A stretch of DNA of 64,000 nucleotides from an uncultured Nitrospirales bacterium (lineage in GTDB: Bacteria; Nitrospirota; Nitrospiria; Nitrospirales; NS-4), in contig CAZITU010000001.1 of assembly GCA_964542245.1 (NCBI GenBank), positions 22,627 through 86,626 on the forward strand. The letters run 5' to 3'. Both the position numbers and the translations under genes were made by a program. The notes below the pieces were generated by a model that searched no databases, was not told where the DNA came from, and was given only the letters and a program-made list of their open reading frames with translations. Shown here piece by piece: positions 61,247 through 64,000 of the stretch. Position 1 is the stretch's first letter. The number at the start of each line of letters is the position of its first letter.

Positions 61247-62257
61247 TCAGTTGCGACTATCCAAGGCCCCAAATCTCCGACGATACAGAACCTCCATCTC
61301 CTCCGAAGAGAGATCATCAGGCGCCCTGATTTCCCATGTCTCGTCGTTCACGATAGCGTAACTCGACTGGGGCAGAAAGCCAAACTTCCGCTTCTGGGAA
61401 AAGGCCCCTCTCATCCCGTCGATTGCCATTCCTCTTTCTGCACAAGATTGAATGACTCCAAGAATGACCGCTCCTGATGCGTTGTTGGGAAACGGCTTGT
61501 ACAGATTGAAAAGATACACCGCATTTTTGTTCTTTTCATCCACAGCCCATAGGCCAAGGCCCACGTCAATACCCTGGAAGCTAACCTTAACGCAATTTAG
61601 CATTCCCTTTGCGTCAATCAATCTCAGCATTGCCAGGGCAGATTCTCTGTACTTCGGATCACCGTAAATACATGACTTGCCTCTGCGAATGAAGCTCCTC
61701 GCCGTATGCTCCATATACGAAACGCACAGGGACTCCCACGCACCATCTCGCGCATCTGTACCATAATCCATCTGGAATCGCCGGAGCGTGTATCTGACCT
61801 CCTTCCGCCTACTAGGGCTCAACGTCATCAGGTAGTCCTCAAAGCTACAATATCTCGGTACTACCCAGTACTGGTTATATGGCACATCCCACCACCTGCA
61901 GGATTCAGGCAGATACGGCAACGGGTCCTGATCCCAGGAAAGCAATCGAAAGCGAAACCCGCCCGTTTTCAGAAATTCGAAAATGTCCCTCTCCCCACCA
62001 GAAGGTCCTAAAAATCCGTTTCTTTCGTTATAATAAAGACCACCATAGAAAGAGAGCGTTCCGTTCACCATCCCGGCCGGAAGTATGGTCCCGGTTGTCC
62101 TGTTTACAATAAAAAAAGGCTTCATGCCGGAAATTTCCGATAACGATACTCTGAGCTCCCAATCCGAAAAGACACTCGATTCGCGACGGGATTGAACCCA
62201 TAGTTTCTCGCAGGCATTCATCGCACACGTTATCTCAATATTCTCATCGTGTCCCAT
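61247..62257 (-). CDS. GNAT-fold acyltransferase, FemAB/BioF2-like (Acetyltransf_6-like)
   Basis: The C-terminal region ...YLFNLYKPFPNNASGAVILGVIQSCAERGMAIDGMRGAFSQKRKFGF resembles FemAB-like GNAT domains. Markedly lower GC than upstream genes. Confidence 0.55.
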   Translation of the reverse strand: MGHDENIEITCAMNACEKLWVQSRRESSVFSDWELRVSLSEISGMKPFFIVNRTTGTILPAGMVNGTLSFYGGLYYNERNGFLGPSGGERDIFEFLKTGGFRFRLLSWDQDPLPYLPESCRWWDVPYNQYWVVPRYCSFEDYLMTLSPSRRKEVRYTLRRFQMDYGTDARDGAWESLCVSYMEHTARSFIRRGKSCIYGDPKYRESALAMLRLIDAKGMLNCVKVSFQGIDVGLGLWAVDEKNKNAVYLFNLYKPFPNNASGAVILGVIQSCAERGMAIDGMRGAFSQKRKFGFLPQSSYAIVNDETWEIRAPDDLSSEEMEVLYRRRFGALDSRN

Positions 62258-62299
62258 GGCCCCGGCTATTTCCTCAACTTTCCCGAACCTCCACAGAGA

Positions 62300-63007
62300 T
62301 CATCCAGACTTCCCAAATCCCATAGCCTCGTAAATTACGATCGTGTTCTTAAAACCCTTGAGTTCGTGCAACGCTCTCAACCATGGAACGCTCTCAATAT
62401 ATTGGCGATGTTCTCTGGGATTATAATAGCAAAGCCGAAGAGTCCTCGGATTAGACTTGAGGCTGTGTTCAATATTTTGCATGACAGACCTAAGGGTATT
62501 TATCCCAAACGGATTTGCGATGAGAATGATCGTTTCATCACGAATCTCAACAGAACATGCATCCTCGTTTATAAATTCTATTTTTGACTTGTCGAACCGA
62601 AAGCTCCTCGCATTTCTGATACAATAGTCGTACGCGACATCGTGTAGTTCAATCCCCCTGGACCGCCTCGCGTAAGATCTCGCGAAAACAAAGACGGCCC
62701 GTCCCGTTCCACATCCCACATCCATGAAGACATCTTCATGAGTCGGGCACAAAAACGTCCTCAGGCGGACCAACCAGACCACGGGCGTTGGTATGTTGGC
62801 CTTCGAATCTCGAAACTTCCCTCCAATCCAGTCGCCAGGCTTGTATTTGGCGACCAGGGATGTCTCTATGCCGTATCCGAGATCGAAGAGCGCATCTATC
62901 ACGCGGTTGCCACGCTGATATGCCGTTTCAACGACCTGCCATAGTTTTCCTCGAAGAGAAAGCGGAAGAATGTGCCATAGGTCGGAAATAAGGTGGCGTG
63001 GCATCAC
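62300..63007 (-). CDS. class I SAM-dependent methyltransferase
   Basis: VFMDVGCGTGRAVFVFA motif I and downstream GIELH acidic loop. Low-GC gene. Confidence 0.7.
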   Translation of the reverse strand: MMPRHLISDLWHILPLSLRGKLWQVVETAYQRGNRVIDALFDLGYGIETSLVAKYKPGDWIGGKFRDSKANIPTPVVWLVRLRTFLCPTHEDVFMDVGCGTGRAVFVFARSYARRSRGIELHDVAYDYCIRNARSFRFDKSKIEFINEDACSVEIRDETIILIANPFGINTLRSVMQNIEHSLKSNPRTLRLCYYNPREHRQYIESVPWLRALHELKGFKNTIVIYEAMGFGKSG

Positions 63008-63015
63008 CTGATCAC

Positions 63016-64000
63016 TTAGTTAGCCTGAGTCCAGCGATCGAAGTAGTGGGCGATATTTTCCGTCAGATTCTCGGTCTCCAAGATTTCTACGAACTCGCCA
63101 AACTGTCGCTTAATGGCGATTCTATCTTGCTCTTGGAGCTCAGTGGAGCGGTAAACGCTCACCTTGTAGTCAAGGAGGCGCGCCTCAGGTCCTATCAGGT
63201 TGTTGGCCTTAGCATGAATGAATGCGCGCATGACATGAGATTCGGAGTCCTGAAATTCACTGGAACACCACGCCGCAATGAGCTTGCACGTCGGTTTTTC
63301 TCGTCGAAAGTGGGTGGCGTAATCGGAGATATCGCTGATCATGTTGAAAATCTCGTCCTGGTGGAATCGTGCGAAGGCAAACAGCCGCTCGGCTTTGTCT
63401 TCCACGAGCATATGCAGGTGCTTGGTATCGGCACTGATGGGAGTCAGGTTGAGAACGCCGCTTTCCCCGCGAATGTGATTCAATCGGGACTGGGAGGTAA
63501 TGCATAAGCGTCGGGCCTGTAACGTGGCTCTATCGGTTCTGACATGCACAAGTTTAGCGGATTCCTGAACGCAGATCTCCAGCGCTGTGGTTTCCGTCAA
63601 AATCCTCACGGAATCATGATTGAGCAGAGCGCGGAGGCGACGGATAAAGCGAGGAGCGCCCCCCATGGGATACCTGGCCCGAGGTGCGCCGACCTTCACG
63701 AAGCGCCAAAACCACATGAGACTTATCACCAGAGGCACAAAGACTGTTTGCTTTGGATTCCTGAGTACTTCCTGGAGGCCAGCTCGCGAAAAGAAACGCC
63801 CCAATGCAGGAAAGAGGACAAGGTTCCACACGTGTGCGCAAGGTGTCCTGGTGGGCATCGGTCCGTATTTCGGCAGAATCCAAAAGGGCTCGGGTTGCAT
63901 GCGCGTCATCGGGATGCCAAGGACATTTTCAATATACCGGTAGCCTTTCCGCCAGTGCCTCATGATGTGGGCGCCGATTTCGACCTCTTCAAACCCGAAC
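63016..64000 (-). CDS. hypothetical protein, possibly the C-terminal part of a FAD/NAD(P)-dependent oxidoreductase (amine-oxidase-like); 5' end beyond the window
   Basis: The frame stays open upstream of the ATG at 63963 to the window edge (..FGFEEVEIGAHIMRHW..). YPMGGAPRFIRRLRALL...VRILTETTALEI...RRLCITS resembles the substrate-domain pattern of flavin amine-oxidase-like enzymes. The assignment is weak. Confidence 0.4.
   Translation of the reverse strand, partial: FGFEEVEIGAHIMRHWRKGYRYIENVLGIPMTRMQPEPFWILPKYGPMPTRTPCAHVWNLVLFPALGRFFSRAGLQEVLRNPKQTVFVPLVISLMWFWRFVKVGAPRARYPMGGAPRFIRRLRALLNHDSVRILTETTALEICVQESAKLVHVRTDRATLQARRLCITSQSRLNHIRGESGVLNLTPISADTKHLHMLVEDKAERLFAFARFHQDEIFNMISDISDYATHFRREKPTCKLIAAWCSSEFQDSESHVMRAFIHAKANNLIGPEARLLDYKVSVYRSTELQEQDRIAIKRQFGEFVEILETENLTENIAHYFDRWTQAN

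Overview
This is a high-GC (roughly 60% or more by eye) bacterial chromosomal segment. I ran no homology searches, so every call rests on motif and family recognition in the supplied translations plus inspection of the DNA. I cannot assign a taxon.

The first 35 kb or so is mostly housekeeping:
- dut-rpiA
- a glycogen-debranching-type glucosidase
- two c-type cytochromes
- an orphan GAF histidine kinase
- trpS
- gap-pgk-tpiA-secG
- ilvE
- rplU-rpmA
- cysE-ispF-ispD plus a PIN/TRAM (yacL-like) gene
- a DegP/HtrA protease
- class I fructose-bisphosphate aldolase and fbp

Several short accessory patches interrupt this backbone:
- a tandem pair of paralogous small secreted proteins (7.3-8.3 kb)
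- a tight three-gene operon of proteins I cannot place in any family (9.6-10.8 kb)
- a small islet between trpS and gap (15.4-18.6 kb) holding a tyrosine-recombinase C-terminal remnant, a ChaA-type antiporter, and HigBA-like and VapBC-like toxin-antitoxin pairs with operator-like palindromes
- a 13-unit uninterrupted TPR array
- a small membrane protein with a Cys-rich C-terminal motif

From about 35.1 kb to the window edge there is one cell-surface glycan (LPS/O-antigen-like) cluster of about 29 kb, almost entirely on the minus strand. It encodes:
- GDP-mannose and GDP-fucose supply genes
- KpsF and KdsC
- a CapD/WbpM-type dehydratase
- a WecA/WbpL-type initiating transferase
- an O-antigen-ligase-family protein
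- five GT4 glycosyltransferases (several with tightly coupled, overlapping reading frames)
- a methyltransferase-GT2 fusion
- a WbpS-like AsnB
- a GT39-like membrane transferase
- four further methyltransferases
- a carbamoyltransferase with SxtJ-like and DUF5989-like partners
- a visibly lower-GC distal module (WbqC, FemAB-like acyltransferase, methyltransferase, truncated oxidoreductase-like ORF)

I saw no rRNA, tRNA, CRISPR array or intact transposase. The best candidates for something undescribed are the 9.6-10.8 kb three-gene operon, the secreted paralog pair, the carbamoyltransferase/SxtJ/DUF5989 triad in a glycan context, and the low-GC glycan-tailoring module. None can be assigned a function from sequence inspection alone. 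Many long ORFs in the track are antisense artefacts of the high GC content and were rejected.
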